64,000 nt of DNA from a virus. The notes under the pieces are model-generated. The model ran no database searches. It was not told the DNA's origin and worked only from the letters and a program-made list of their open reading frames with translations. Shown here in pieces: positions 55,013 through 64,000 of this stretch. The position numbers and the translations under genes were made by a program. The DNA is taken from IMG/VR virus record IMGVR_UViG_3300046387_000246, positions 1-64,000 of that record. One strand, written 5' to 3'. The first letter of the stretch is position 1; each line of letters starts with the position of its first letter.

Positions 55013-58000
55013 ATGGCAAATAGATTACAATTACGACGTGATGGAGCTCAGCAGTGGGCTAACATCAACCCCATTCTCGCACAGGGTGAATTGGGTATTG
55101 AGATTGATACATCACGTATTAAGATCGGTGATGGAGTAACTCCGTGGAATAGTTTAAAATATGAAAGACCTTTAGAAACAGAATCGAACGCTGCTAATAC
55201 ACTTGTAAAGAGAGACGCTGATGGTAACTTCCAAGCAGGTGCTGTAACTGCTACTCTAATTGGTAATGCTTCTACATCCACACGTCTTGCCAACGCACGT
55301 CAAATCCAATTAGCTGGTCAAGTTACTGGATCAGGTTCTTTTGATGGATCTCAGAACCTTACATTAACAACTGACCTATCATTAATTACAACACTTCCTC
55401 ATTATAACCCTGCTGATCCTGACGCTAGTGATCTATACACTCGTGTTAGAGTTAACTCACAGGGTAGAGTTATCGGTGCTGAACTTGCTTCTACACTTGC
55501 AAACTATGGTATTACTGATGCTCAACCATTAGATGACGAACTTACTTCACTTGCTAGTTTAACCACACTTGGACTTCTTGTACGTTCTTCTGTTGGTAAC
55601 GTTTCTACTAGACAGTTAACTGGTGGTGCAGGTCGTCTTGTATTTACAGTACCTGATGGTAGTTCACAAAACCCATTTATTGACCTTGCTGACACAGCAG
55701 TTGTTGTTGGTAACTATAACGTTGAATCATTAACATCTGTTGATTCTACTGGATCTAGTTCAGAACCTTTTGGTACCGAGACAGTTAATGCTACAAGATT
55801 TAGTGTTGATAGATATGGTCGTGTTACATTAGCAAAGAATGTTCCTATTGCTACAGCAGTAGAAGGATCTAAGTATGGTGCATATGATGCAGGTGTCGCT
55901 TATAACCGCTATGACATAGTTGAACAGGGTGGAAGGATATATCAGGCAATTCAGGATCTAACTGCTGGTCTAGGTGCACCTGGGCATACTACAGGAGATG
56001 TGGGTGGATGGAGATTTACAAATAATGCTACAATTGAACAGAAAGGACTTGCATCATTTGCTCAAGAAGACTTTGATGTAGATTCAAATGGTCACGTAAC
56101 TATCTCAGCAGCAGGTGTTGATAACACCCAACTACAGAACAACCGCATCATTTATACTGACGGAAATACTGTACAGGAATTTGAGTTAGACAATGAGCTA
56201 ACAACTTCCACTGGACACACAGGATTTGATTACCTCAACTATATTAAAATTAATGACACTTCTGGAAATCTTCTCTTTGGTGCTAATAACACCGATAATA
56301 GTTCTGCTGGTGGAGTTGATATTAATGTTGACACTAATATTAGTGGTGCGAATATCATCCTAGACAGACCTGGCAACACTCCTTTACAGACTATTGAAAG
56401 GACAGCAGGTTCATTAAAAATTCATCATAATGTCAATTCAGCAACTGATAGAACTCTTGATATTATTTCAAACAATAGCGGTGCTGGTACTGCTAGTATT
56501 AATATTACGGCTGACGAAGATATAACAATATCTGCGACTAATGTATCTAATAGAGTTAATGTAGAGGGATTCCAATTCCAAGACGATACCCTCAGTAGCA
56601 CTGCTACTACTATGATCTTGGATCCAGGTGATGACGATGCTGCAACTGGTAAAGTTCAGATTCGTGGTGACCTTCAAGTAGATGGTACAACCACTACTGT
56701 TAATTCCACTGTGGTAACTGTCGATGATCCAATCATCGTTCTTGGTGGTGACACTGCTCCTGTTGCAGATGATAACAAGGATCGTGGTGTAGAGTTCTCA
56801 TATTACGACACACAAGCAAGGACAGGATTTTATGGCTGGGACGAAAATTACACAGACTCTAATATCTGGAATGGCACTGGTGGCTTTAGGTTCCTCTACA
56901 ATGCCACTAACACCAATGAAGTATTTACTGGTACAGACGCTGCTCTCATCGCTGGCAACCTCAGACTAACAACAAACACAGGTTCTACATCAGATACAAC
57001 AGGTACATTAGTTGTAACTGGTGGACTTGGACTTTCTGAGAACGCACATATCGGTGGTACTGTTACTATTGCAGGTCAATCCGAAGTTAATAACAATGTA
57101 ATTATCAAGGCAGATAATAAGTCATTCAATATACAGACTGCTGCTGGTGTAGATAAGTTTACAGTTGATACAGATAACGGAAATACAGTTATTGAAGGTA
57201 CATTAGATGTTCAGTTAGAAACAACTATAACTGACAATGTAATCATAAAAGCAGACAATAAGAAATTTGATATTCAAACTGCTGCTGGTGTCAGTGTATT
57301 TGATGTAGATACTGACAACGGTAACACACATACAGATGGTACTCTTGACGTAGACAGTGGTGTCACCTTCAACAGTACACTCGACGTTGACCTTGCTACA
57401 ACTCTTAATAACATATTAGATGTCGATGGTATTTCCACATTCCATAATGACATCATACTTGATACAACTGGTAAGACCTTTAAAATTACTAACGGTTCTG
57501 CTGATAGATTCGTTGTAAATAGCACCTCTGGTAATGTAGATTCAGAAGGAACATTAAACGTAGCAAGTCTTGTTCACTTTGAATCTGCTGATGTACCCAC
57601 AGTTACTACTGATGCAGGTAATAACTTTATTATAGGATCAGCTGACTACGGTGCTTTACGAGTAGATGGAGGTGGTTACATTGCAGGTGATGTTCTGTTT
57701 AACTCTGACATCTATGTCAACGGTATTATCAATGAAAGAGACTTAGGTACTACTGAAACATTCAACACACAAAACTATTTAAGAGTAAGATATAAACTTC
57801 GTACTGGTGTTACTGCACAATATACTCCAACTTTTGCACAAGATAATTCTTCAAACTTGAGAGTATTTGGTGGTGGAGGTATTGCAACTGATCTTCATAT
57901 TGGTGAAAATCTATTTGTAGGTAAGAAAGCAAACTCAGATAACATTGAATTCTCTGTTGATGAAGATGGTAATACAGTTATTGGTAGATCTGGTATTGGT

Positions 58001-61000
58001 TCTAACTCTCTAGGAACTTTAACAGTACACGGTGACGTTACATTAAACCGTGACGTGTCGTTAACTGGTTCACAAATTACTCTTGGTAATGAAACTGCTG
58101 ACGCTCTAACTGTCGAAGCAACAAGTACGTTTAATTCTAATGTTACTTTAGCATCGGGACAGGATCTGTTAGTTGGTGGTAATGCTGAAATTACTGGTAA
58201 CTTAACAGTTCAAGGAACTACTACAACAACTAATAGTACAGTCGTTACTATTGATGATCCTATTATCACACTGGGTGGAGATACTGCTCCTAACACGGAT
58301 GACGATAAGGATCGTGGTATTGAGTTCCGTTATTATGATTCACAGGCTCGTCTTGGATTCTTTGGATGGGACGATTCTGCTGGACGTTTTGCCCTTTATA
58401 ATAATGCTACTAATAGTTCTGAAGTATTCTCTGGTACAAGATCTGGTATTGATGCTGGTTCTATCAAATTGTTTGATACAACTAACGCAACCAATTCTTC
58501 AAGTGGTGCTCTTATAGTTGGTGGTGGTGCTGGTATAGGTCTAGATCTACACGTCGGAGATGACCTCACGGTTGTTGACGATGTATCAATCGGTGGAAAT
58601 GCCGAAATTACAGGTACTCTGGATGTAACAAATGATTTTGCAATCAATTCTAATAAGTTCAACGTTGATAGTATTACTGGTAACACAACTGTGGCTGGGA
58701 CGTTCGGTGTGTCAGGCATTGCAACACTTTCTTCAACCGTTAACATCAGTGGAGCAGGTTCGAACCTCACAGTAGGTGGTACTGCTTCTATTTCAAATGA
58801 CTTCGATATTAACTCTACTAAGTTTACCGTTGCTGCTGCATCTGGTAACACAGTAATTGATGGAACACTAGACGTAGATGAAGCGACAAACGTTACATCA
58901 ACCCTTGGTGTTACTGGAATTATTACTGCTACAGATAGCACACAGTCATCAGTTGGTGGCACATACAATAGCGATGGTGCTTTCAGATTAACTGGTGGTG
59001 CTTCTATCGGTAAGAACGCTGCTATTTCTGGTGATCTTAGAGTTTATACTAACTCACAACTAGATGGAACTCTTGATGTAGAAGGTGTAACTAACTTCAC
59101 AGAGCAAGTCAAGATTAATAAAGTTACTGATTCTGGAAGTGCATCTGATACTTCTGCATCAGTATATACAGCAGGTGGTTTAGCAGTTACTAAGAAAGCA
59201 TTCATTGGAGATGACTTGAATGTTGGTGCAAATAACTTTACTGTTGACGGACCTACAGGTAACGTTGGAATTGCAGGTACTTTAGATGTATCACAAGCAT
59301 CTGGATTCTCTACTATTACTGCTAGTGGTGTTGCTGAACTACAATCAACTCTAAACCTTGGTGGAGGATTTAACATCAACACCAACAAGTTTAACGTTTC
59401 ATCTGCAACTGGTACTACAGATATTGCAGGTCAGTTAAATGTCGTAAATGCTGTTGACTTTGATTCTACTCTTAACGTAGATGGTAATGCAGATTTCAAT
59501 GCTGGTATAGATGTCACAGCAGGTAATGCAACTTTTGCTGGTCTTGTACAGGCAGATAACGTAACTGATTCTACTGGATACACTGATGCTTCTGCATCTG
59601 TATCTACAGACGGTGGTTTATCAGTTAAGAAAAAAGCATTCGTTGGTGGTAACTTCTCTGTTGGTGGTGCTGCTGGAGTTAAAGCATCTATCCTTGCTGC
59701 ATCTGGTAACACAGATATCAAGGGAACATTAAACGTTGACGATGCTGTAACCCTTGGTTCAACTCTCGGAGTCACAGGTCAGATTACTGGTAATGTAACT
59801 GGTGATTTAACAGGTAACGCTGATAGTGCAACTCAGATTAATACTACTAATACTAACAACAACACTCTGTTCTACCCTGCATTTATGGGTGGTAACACTG
59901 GTAATCAAGGAGTGTTCGTTGACTCAAGTAACTTAACTTACAACCCATCTTCTAACACTTTATCAGTTAATAACTTTGTATCTACTACGAACTTCGAAGT
60001 TCAAGGTAATATGAACGTTACTGGTTTGATTAGTTTCGGACAATCAGAAGTTTCAAGTCTTGCAAACCACACCACTGATGTTCTTACTGAAGGTTCAACT
60101 AACTTATACTTTACTGACGAACGTGTAGATGACAGAGTAAACAATCTATTTACTGCTGGAACTGGTATCACTAAGGTATATGATGACGCTGCTAATACTT
60201 ACACACTATCAGTAACTCAGGTAGATATCGATACTGACAATGTAACTGAAGGATCAAGCAACTTGTTCACCACTGCTGCTCGATCAAGGACACACTTTAC
60301 TTACGGAACAGGTATTGAGTTGTCTGGTAGTGGTGAACTATCTGTGACTCAAGGTGATATTAATACTGATACAGTAACAGAAGGTTCTACAAATCTATTC
60401 ACAACAAATACAAGAACAAGATCTCACTTCACTTATGGTAATGGTATTGCATTATCTGCTGGTGGCGAACTAACAGTAACTGAATCTCAGATCGATACTG
60501 ACAATGTAACTGAAGGATCAACAAATCTATTCACAACTGCTGCAAGAACTAGAACTCACTTCACATATGGAGTTGGTGTTAAGTTAACCTCTGCTGATCT
60601 AGCAATAGACTTTACAGAATTTGACACAGGAAGTATCACTGAAGGGTCTAATCTATACTATACAGATGAGAGAGTTGATGACAGAGTTAATAATCTGTTC
60701 ACTGCTGGCACAGGTATCACTAAGGTTTACGATGATGCTGCTAACACATATACTCTTACAGTCACACAGTCAGACATTAACACTGACAATGTAACTGAGG
60801 GATCAACAAATCTCTTTACCACTGCTGCTAGGACAAGGACTCACTTCACATATGGCACAGGTATCACTCACAGTTCTGGTACTCTTAGTGTTACTCAGTC
60901 AGACATTAACACTGACAACGTAACTGAAGGATCTACTAATATCTTCTATACAGAAGCACGTTTCACAGCAAGTCTTGGAGGTAAGAGTACAGCAGATTTG

Positions 61001-61705
61001 ACAGAGGGAGCTAACCTCTACTACACAGATGCTAGAGCAGATGCAAGAATTGCTGCTGCTGATACTGACAATCTATCAGAAGGATCAAGCAATCTTTACT
61101 TCACAAATGCTAGAGCAGACGCTAGAATTGCTGCTGCGGATACTGGAGACCTCAGTGAAGGATCTAACCTTTACTATACAGATGCAAGAGCAGACGCAAG
61201 AATCGCTGCTGCATCTACAAGTGATCTAACAGAAGGAACAAATCTATACTATACAAACGCTCGTGCTGATGCTCGTGTTGTCGCTGGTATCACTGGAAAA
61301 CTTGACGCATCTGCTGTCAGCACCTTCGGTGGAACCCTAATTGATGATGCTGACGCTGCTGCTGCAAGAACAACTCTTGGTCTTGGCACTGCTGCTACCA
61401 CTGCTGCAACTGCATATGCAACTGCTGCACAGGGAACACTCGCTGCATCTGCTACACAACCAGGTGACTTAGCAACTGTAGCAACCAGTGGAGACTATGA
61501 TGATCTAAGCAACAAACCTACATTGGGAACTGCTGCTGCGACTGCATCTACTGCATACGCTACTGCTGCACAAGGTACAAAGGCAGATGCTAATGACACT
61601 GACATAGATGACATCTATACTCAGTTAGATACGATTGGTAATAACGCTGCTATTACAACAGTTGCAGAACTTAAAGCAGCATTACTAGCAATGGTAAGGA
61701 GTTAA
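55013..61705 (+). CDS. long fibre protein (collar/whisker or tail fibre) with Mtd-N-type N-terminus
   Basis: RLQLRR....W...NPILAQGELG.E.DT...KIGDG...WNSL.Y; GAL.V.GG.GI repeats; TD...EG..NLY.T repeats; sits near the T4 wac position before gp13. Confidence 0.8.
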   Translation: MANRLQLRRDGAQQWANINPILAQGELGIEIDTSRIKIGDGVTPWNSLKYERPLETESNAANTLVKRDADGNFQAGAVTATLIGNASTSTRLANARQIQLAGQVTGSGSFDGSQNLTLTTDLSLITTLPHYNPADPDASDLYTRVRVNSQGRVIGAELASTLANYGITDAQPLDDELTSLASLTTLGLLVRSSVGNVSTRQLTGGAGRLVFTVPDGSSQNPFIDLADTAVVVGNYNVESLTSVDSTGSSSEPFGTETVNATRFSVDRYGRVTLAKNVPIATAVEGSKYGAYDAGVAYNRYDIVEQGGRIYQAIQDLTAGLGAPGHTTGDVGGWRFTNNATIEQKGLASFAQEDFDVDSNGHVTISAAGVDNTQLQNNRIIYTDGNTVQEFELDNELTTSTGHTGFDYLNYIKINDTSGNLLFGANNTDNSSAGGVDINVDTNISGANIILDRPGNTPLQTIERTAGSLKIHHNVNSATDRTLDIISNNSGAGTASINITADEDITISATNVSNRVNVEGFQFQDDTLSSTATTMILDPGDDDAATGKVQIRGDLQVDGTTTTVNSTVVTVDDPIIVLGGDTAPVADDNKDRGVEFSYYDTQARTGFYGWDENYTDSNIWNGTGGFRFLYNATNTNEVFTGTDAALIAGNLRLTTNTGSTSDTTGTLVVTGGLGLSENAHIGGTVTIAGQSEVNNNVIIKADNKSFNIQTAAGVDKFTVDTDNGNTVIEGTLDVQLETTITDNVIIKADNKKFDIQTAAGVSVFDVDTDNGNTHTDGTLDVDSGVTFNSTLDVDLATTLNNILDVDGISTFHNDIILDTTGKTFKITNGSADRFVVNSTSGNVDSEGTLNVASLVHFESADVPTVTTDAGNNFIIGSADYGALRVDGGGYIAGDVLFNSDIYVNGIINERDLGTTETFNTQNYLRVRYKLRTGVTAQYTPTFAQDNSSNLRVFGGGGIATDLHIGENLFVGKKANSDNIEFSVDEDGNTVIGRSGIGSNSLGTLTVHGDVTLNRDVSLTGSQITLGNETADALTVEATSTFNSNVTLASGQDLLVGGNAEITGNLTVQGTTTTTNSTVVTIDDPIITLGGDTAPNTDDDKDRGIEFRYYDSQARLGFFGWDDSAGRFALYNNATNSSEVFSGTRSGIDAGSIKLFDTTNATNSSSGALIVGGGAGIGLDLHVGDDLTVVDDVSIGGNAEITGTLDVTNDFAINSNKFNVDSITGNTTVAGTFGVSGIATLSSTVNISGAGSNLTVGGTASISNDFDINSTKFTVAAASGNTVIDGTLDVDEATNVTSTLGVTGIITATDSTQSSVGGTYNSDGAFRLTGGASIGKNAAISGDLRVYTNSQLDGTLDVEGVTNFTEQVKINKVTDSGSASDTSASVYTAGGLAVTKKAFIGDDLNVGANNFTVDGPTGNVGIAGTLDVSQASGFSTITASGVAELQSTLNLGGGFNINTNKFNVSSATGTTDIAGQLNVVNAVDFDSTLNVDGNADFNAGIDVTAGNATFAGLVQADNVTDSTGYTDASASVSTDGGLSVKKKAFVGGNFSVGGAAGVKASILAASGNTDIKGTLNVDDAVTLGSTLGVTGQITGNVTGDLTGNADSATQINTTNTNNNTLFYPAFMGGNTGNQGVFVDSSNLTYNPSSNTLSVNNFVSTTNFEVQGNMNVTGLISFGQSEVSSLANHTTDVLTEGSTNLYFTDERVDDRVNNLFTAGTGITKVYDDAANTYTLSVTQVDIDTDNVTEGSSNLFTTAARSRTHFTYGTGIELSGSGELSVTQGDINTDTVTEGSTNLFTTNTRTRSHFTYGNGIALSAGGELTVTESQIDTDNVTEGSTNLFTTAARTRTHFTYGVGVKLTSADLAIDFTEFDTGSITEGSNLYYTDERVDDRVNNLFTAGTGITKVYDDAANTYTLTVTQSDINTDNVTEGSTNLFTTAARTRTHFTYGTGITHSSGTLSVTQSDINTDNVTEGSTNIFYTEARFTASLGGKSTADLTEGANLYYTDARADARIAAADTDNLSEGSSNLYFTNARADARIAAADTGDLSEGSNLYYTDARADARIAAASTSDLTEGTNLYYTNARADARVVAGITGKLDASAVSTFGGTLIDDADAAAARTTLGLGTAATTAATAYATAAQGTLAASATQPGDLATVATSGDYDDLSNKPTLGTAAATASTAYATAAQGTKADANDTDIDDIYTQLDTIGNNAAITTVAELKAALLAMVRS
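60060..61290 (+). repeat. T.D..EG..NL(Y/F).T.(E/A)R coding repeats (about 12 copies, two length classes)
   Basis: Read from the translation. Confidence 0.8.
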
Positions 61706-61707
61706 TT

Positions 61708-62028
61708 ATGAAACCATTTCCACTTAAATTTGTCCCTTTATTATTTGTGCTTTGTTGCCTAGCATCATTCACTATAAATGTGGCACCTGTATTTGCTAAT
61801 CACTTACCAGTGATGTATGTACAAGTACCTCAGTGGGCAGATGATTGGGCAGTGTGTGCTGTTGATATACCTGATGCTAAATGTCATTGGTATGTTATGG
61901 CACCTGATAATACATTTGGTGAGGGATTTGACTGGGAGAGTGCTCCTTGGTTTGATGCCAATGGATTAAGTGATATCGCTCCTATGGGTAAAGAAACAGT
62001 TGTACAACAACTACAATATCAAAAGTAA
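61708..62028 (+). CDS. hypothetical exported/membrane protein
   Basis: AAGGAG RBS; hydrophobic signal-like N-term; Trp-rich core WADDWAVC...CHWY. Confidence 0.7.
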   Translation: MKPFPLKFVPLLFVLCCLASFTINVAPVFANHLPVMYVQVPQWADDWAVCAVDIPDAKCHWYVMAPDNTFGEGFDWESAPWFDANGLSDIAPMGKETVVQQLQYQK

Positions 62029-62846
62029 TGGCACAACCTAATTCAAAAGCAACATTAAAGGAGTTTGCTCTTCGTAGACTCGGTAAACCTGTATTGGAAA
62101 TAAATGTTTCTGATGATCAGGTAGATGATGCATTAGATTATACTATTGAAAAGTTTCAAGAATATCACTACGGTGGTTCTGAGAAGATGTATATGAAGCA
62201 TCAGTTTACTGCTGAAGATTTAGCTAGGTTCCAAGCAGATGAATCTACAACTGGTACTGATACTTTACAGGCAGGTAATACAGGAACTGTATTTAAAACA
62301 CAGTCAAACTATTTGATAATGCCTGATCATATTCGGGCAGTGAATGGTATCTTTACTTTCCAAGATAAGGGTACTGCAAATATGTTTGATATTAGATATC
62401 AGTTACGTTTGAATGACCTGTTTGATTTTACATCAACACAGTTTCATCATTACTATATGATTCAGACACACCTTCAAACTATTAACTTCTTACTAGAAGG
62501 AATGAAACCAACTAGGTTCAATGCTTCTAATGGTAAGTTGTTTATTGATATGGATGTTCTAACTGATGTTAGAGAAGGTGAGTTTGTTGTTATGGAATGT
62601 GTCAGTGCTATTGATCCAGCTAACTGGACAAAAATATATAATATTATGTGGGTTAAAGATTATGCAACCGCAATGCTGAAGAAGCAATGGGGTCAAAATA
62701 TGACTAAGTTTCAGAACGTTCAATTACCAGGTGGAGTTACTCTTAATGGTGAGAAGATTTATTCTGATGCTGTGACTGAATTAGAACAACTAGATGAACA
62801 ACTTCGTAACACATACGAAACTCCACCTATGGATATGATCGGCTAA
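62028..62846 (+). CDS. gp13: neck protein gp13
   Basis: P.SK..LK...LRRLGKPVLEINV.DDQ, KKQWGQN..KF..VQLPGG.TLNG. Confidence 0.93.
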   Translation: MAQPNSKATLKEFALRRLGKPVLEINVSDDQVDDALDYTIEKFQEYHYGGSEKMYMKHQFTAEDLARFQADESTTGTDTLQAGNTGTVFKTQSNYLIMPDHIRAVNGIFTFQDKGTANMFDIRYQLRLNDLFDFTSTQFHHYYMIQTHLQTINFLLEGMKPTRFNASNGKLFIDMDVLTDVREGEFVVMECVSAIDPANWTKIYNIMWVKDYATAMLKKQWGQNMTKFQNVQLPGGVTLNGEKIYSDAVTELEQLDEQLRNTYETPPMDMIG

Positions 62847-63712
62847 TGGCTACTAATTCTTATTTCACAATGGGAACTTCGGGGGAACAGAACCTCGTTG
62901 GATCTCTAGTTAAAGAACAGATAAAAATGTTCGGTCAGGATGTGTATTACATTCCTAGAGTCATAGTGGATGAAGATCCTGCATTTGGTGAAGACTCGAT
63001 GTCTAAATTTGATGACGCATATATTATAGAAGCGTACTTAGAAAACGTACAAGGATTTGAAGGAGATGGAGATTTATACAGTAAGTTTGGTGTAAGGATA
63101 TCTGATCAAGTTACATTTGTTATATCAAGGGATAGGTTCACAGAGTTAGTGGATGACAATACAACTCTAGTGGTTGAAGGTAGACCTAATGAAGGTGACT
63201 TAATTTACTTCCCTTTAGCATCTAAGTTATTCCAAATTCAATATGTAGAATATGAAACTCCTTTCTTCCAATTAGGTAAGATTCATACTTGGGGTTTGAA
63301 ATGTGAACTCTTCGAGTTCAGCAACGAGAACTTCGATACAGGTGTGGATGCTATTGATGTAGTTGAAAGAAATTTCTCTACTACTATCACTCTAAATTTT
63401 GCAGAGGGTGGAAGTGGTACCTTTACTGCTGGTGAAACAATTGCAGGTGGTACATCTAATGTAACTGCTGAGGTTAAATCGTTTGATTCTACTACAAGAC
63501 AACTACAGATATACAACAGGTCTGGTATCTTTACAATTCCAGAAACCGTTACTGGACAGACATCTGGAGCAGCGTGGACAACCTCAAGTTATAATACCCT
63601 AAATAATACTAACTCAGAGTTTGATCAAAATCAATTCTTTGAGACAGGTGGTGATGCAATACTTGACTTTAGTCAAGGCAATCCATTTGGTGAATTCGGA
63701 GGCAAGAGTTAA
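62846..63712 (+). CDS. gp14: neck protein gp14
   Basis: N.YF..G..EQNL...L..EQIKMFG.DVYY.PR, SKFG, RPNEGDLIYFP, DFS..NPFG. Confidence 0.93.
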   Translation: MATNSYFTMGTSGEQNLVGSLVKEQIKMFGQDVYYIPRVIVDEDPAFGEDSMSKFDDAYIIEAYLENVQGFEGDGDLYSKFGVRISDQVTFVISRDRFTELVDDNTTLVVEGRPNEGDLIYFPLASKLFQIQYVEYETPFFQLGKIHTWGLKCELFEFSNENFDTGVDAIDVVERNFSTTITLNFAEGGSGTFTAGETIAGGTSNVTAEVKSFDSTTRQLQIYNRSGIFTIPETVTGQTSGAAWTTSSYNTLNNTNSEFDQNQFFETGGDAILDFSQGNPFGEFGGKS

Positions 63713-64000
63713 TGTTAGGAACATATTCGTACAACGAAATATTTCGTAAGACTGTTATCGCATTTGGTACTATCTTCAATAACATTGAAGTAAAACGTCA
63801 GGCAACTGGTGCAGCAACTGAAGTTATGAAGGTACCTTTGGCATACGGTCCGAAGGATAAATTTCTAGCACGTTTGAATCAAACTGCTGATGCAAGTGAT
63901 AGAACAACTCAAATTACTTTACCTCGTATTTCATTTGAAATATCTGGTTTCTCTTATGACACCACAAGGAAAGTAGCACCTACTCAGATCATACGTCACG
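63712..64000 (+). CDS. gp15: tail terminator/sheath stabiliser gp15 (partial, runs off window)
   Basis: Manual translation MLGTYSYNEIFRKTVIAFGTIFNNIEV...KVPLAYGPKDKFLARL...ITLPRISFE. Confidence 0.92.
   Translation, partial: MLGTYSYNEIFRKTVIAFGTIFNNIEVKRQATGAATEVMKVPLAYGPKDKFLARLNQTADASDRTTQITLPRISFEISGFSYDTTRKVAPTQIIRH

Noticed and set aside
55013-61705. Diversity-generating retroelement suggested by the Mtd-like N-terminus
   Set aside because: No reverse transcriptase and no TR/VR pair differing only at adenines; the domain is a generic fibre anchor.
7890-63516. Numerous minus-strand and alternate-frame ORFs of 60-190 aa
   Set aside because: They are shadows of long + strand genes with biased codon use, lacking RBS or motifs.
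1-64000. Complete avoidance of GATC, GGCC or CAGCTG
   Set aside because: All are present (GGCC e.g. near 11903 and 51265; CAGCTG at 16328; GATC frequent). GGCC may still be under-represented, which needs counting.
1-64000. tRNA, rRNA, IS elements, inteins
   Set aside because: No cloverleaf, rRNA-like, transposase or intein motifs recognised by eye; intergenic gaps are short.

Overview
A 64-kb segment of an AT-rich T4-like cyanomyovirus (Kyanoviridae-type, probably a marine Prochlorococcus/Synechococcus phage, judged from psbN, 2OG-Fe(II) oxygenases and cyanophage-type baseplate genes). All credible genes are on the + strand. 1-4.2 kb is the end of an early-gene region: small ORF cassettes, each led by a repeated palindromic operator plus TATAAT element, and including a solitary PvuII-fold restriction-like endonuclease. 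4.2-5.3 kb holds a truncated NUMOD4-HNH gene, two tandem cyanobacterial-type DnaA boxes, an AT-rich tract and sigma70 promoters (candidate origin). 5.3-8 kb holds NlpC/P60, AbrB-like, two 2OG-Fe(II) oxygenases and psbN. 8-64 kb is the late structural module: PAAR, gp25, gp6, an 8566-aa gp7-like protein, YHYH protein, gp9/10-like, gp8, VrlC-like, a 2230-aa fibre, gp13, gp14 and partial gp15. Two observations stand out. (1) The giant protein contains 21 copies of one domain inserted recursively into each other with balanced open/close nesting up to 9 levels deep, implying a branched, tree-like virion appendage. (2) CATG (and possibly CCGG) appears absent wherever I scanned, alongside an early restriction-fold nuclease with no methyltransferase in the window. 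All assignments are by eye; no searches were run.
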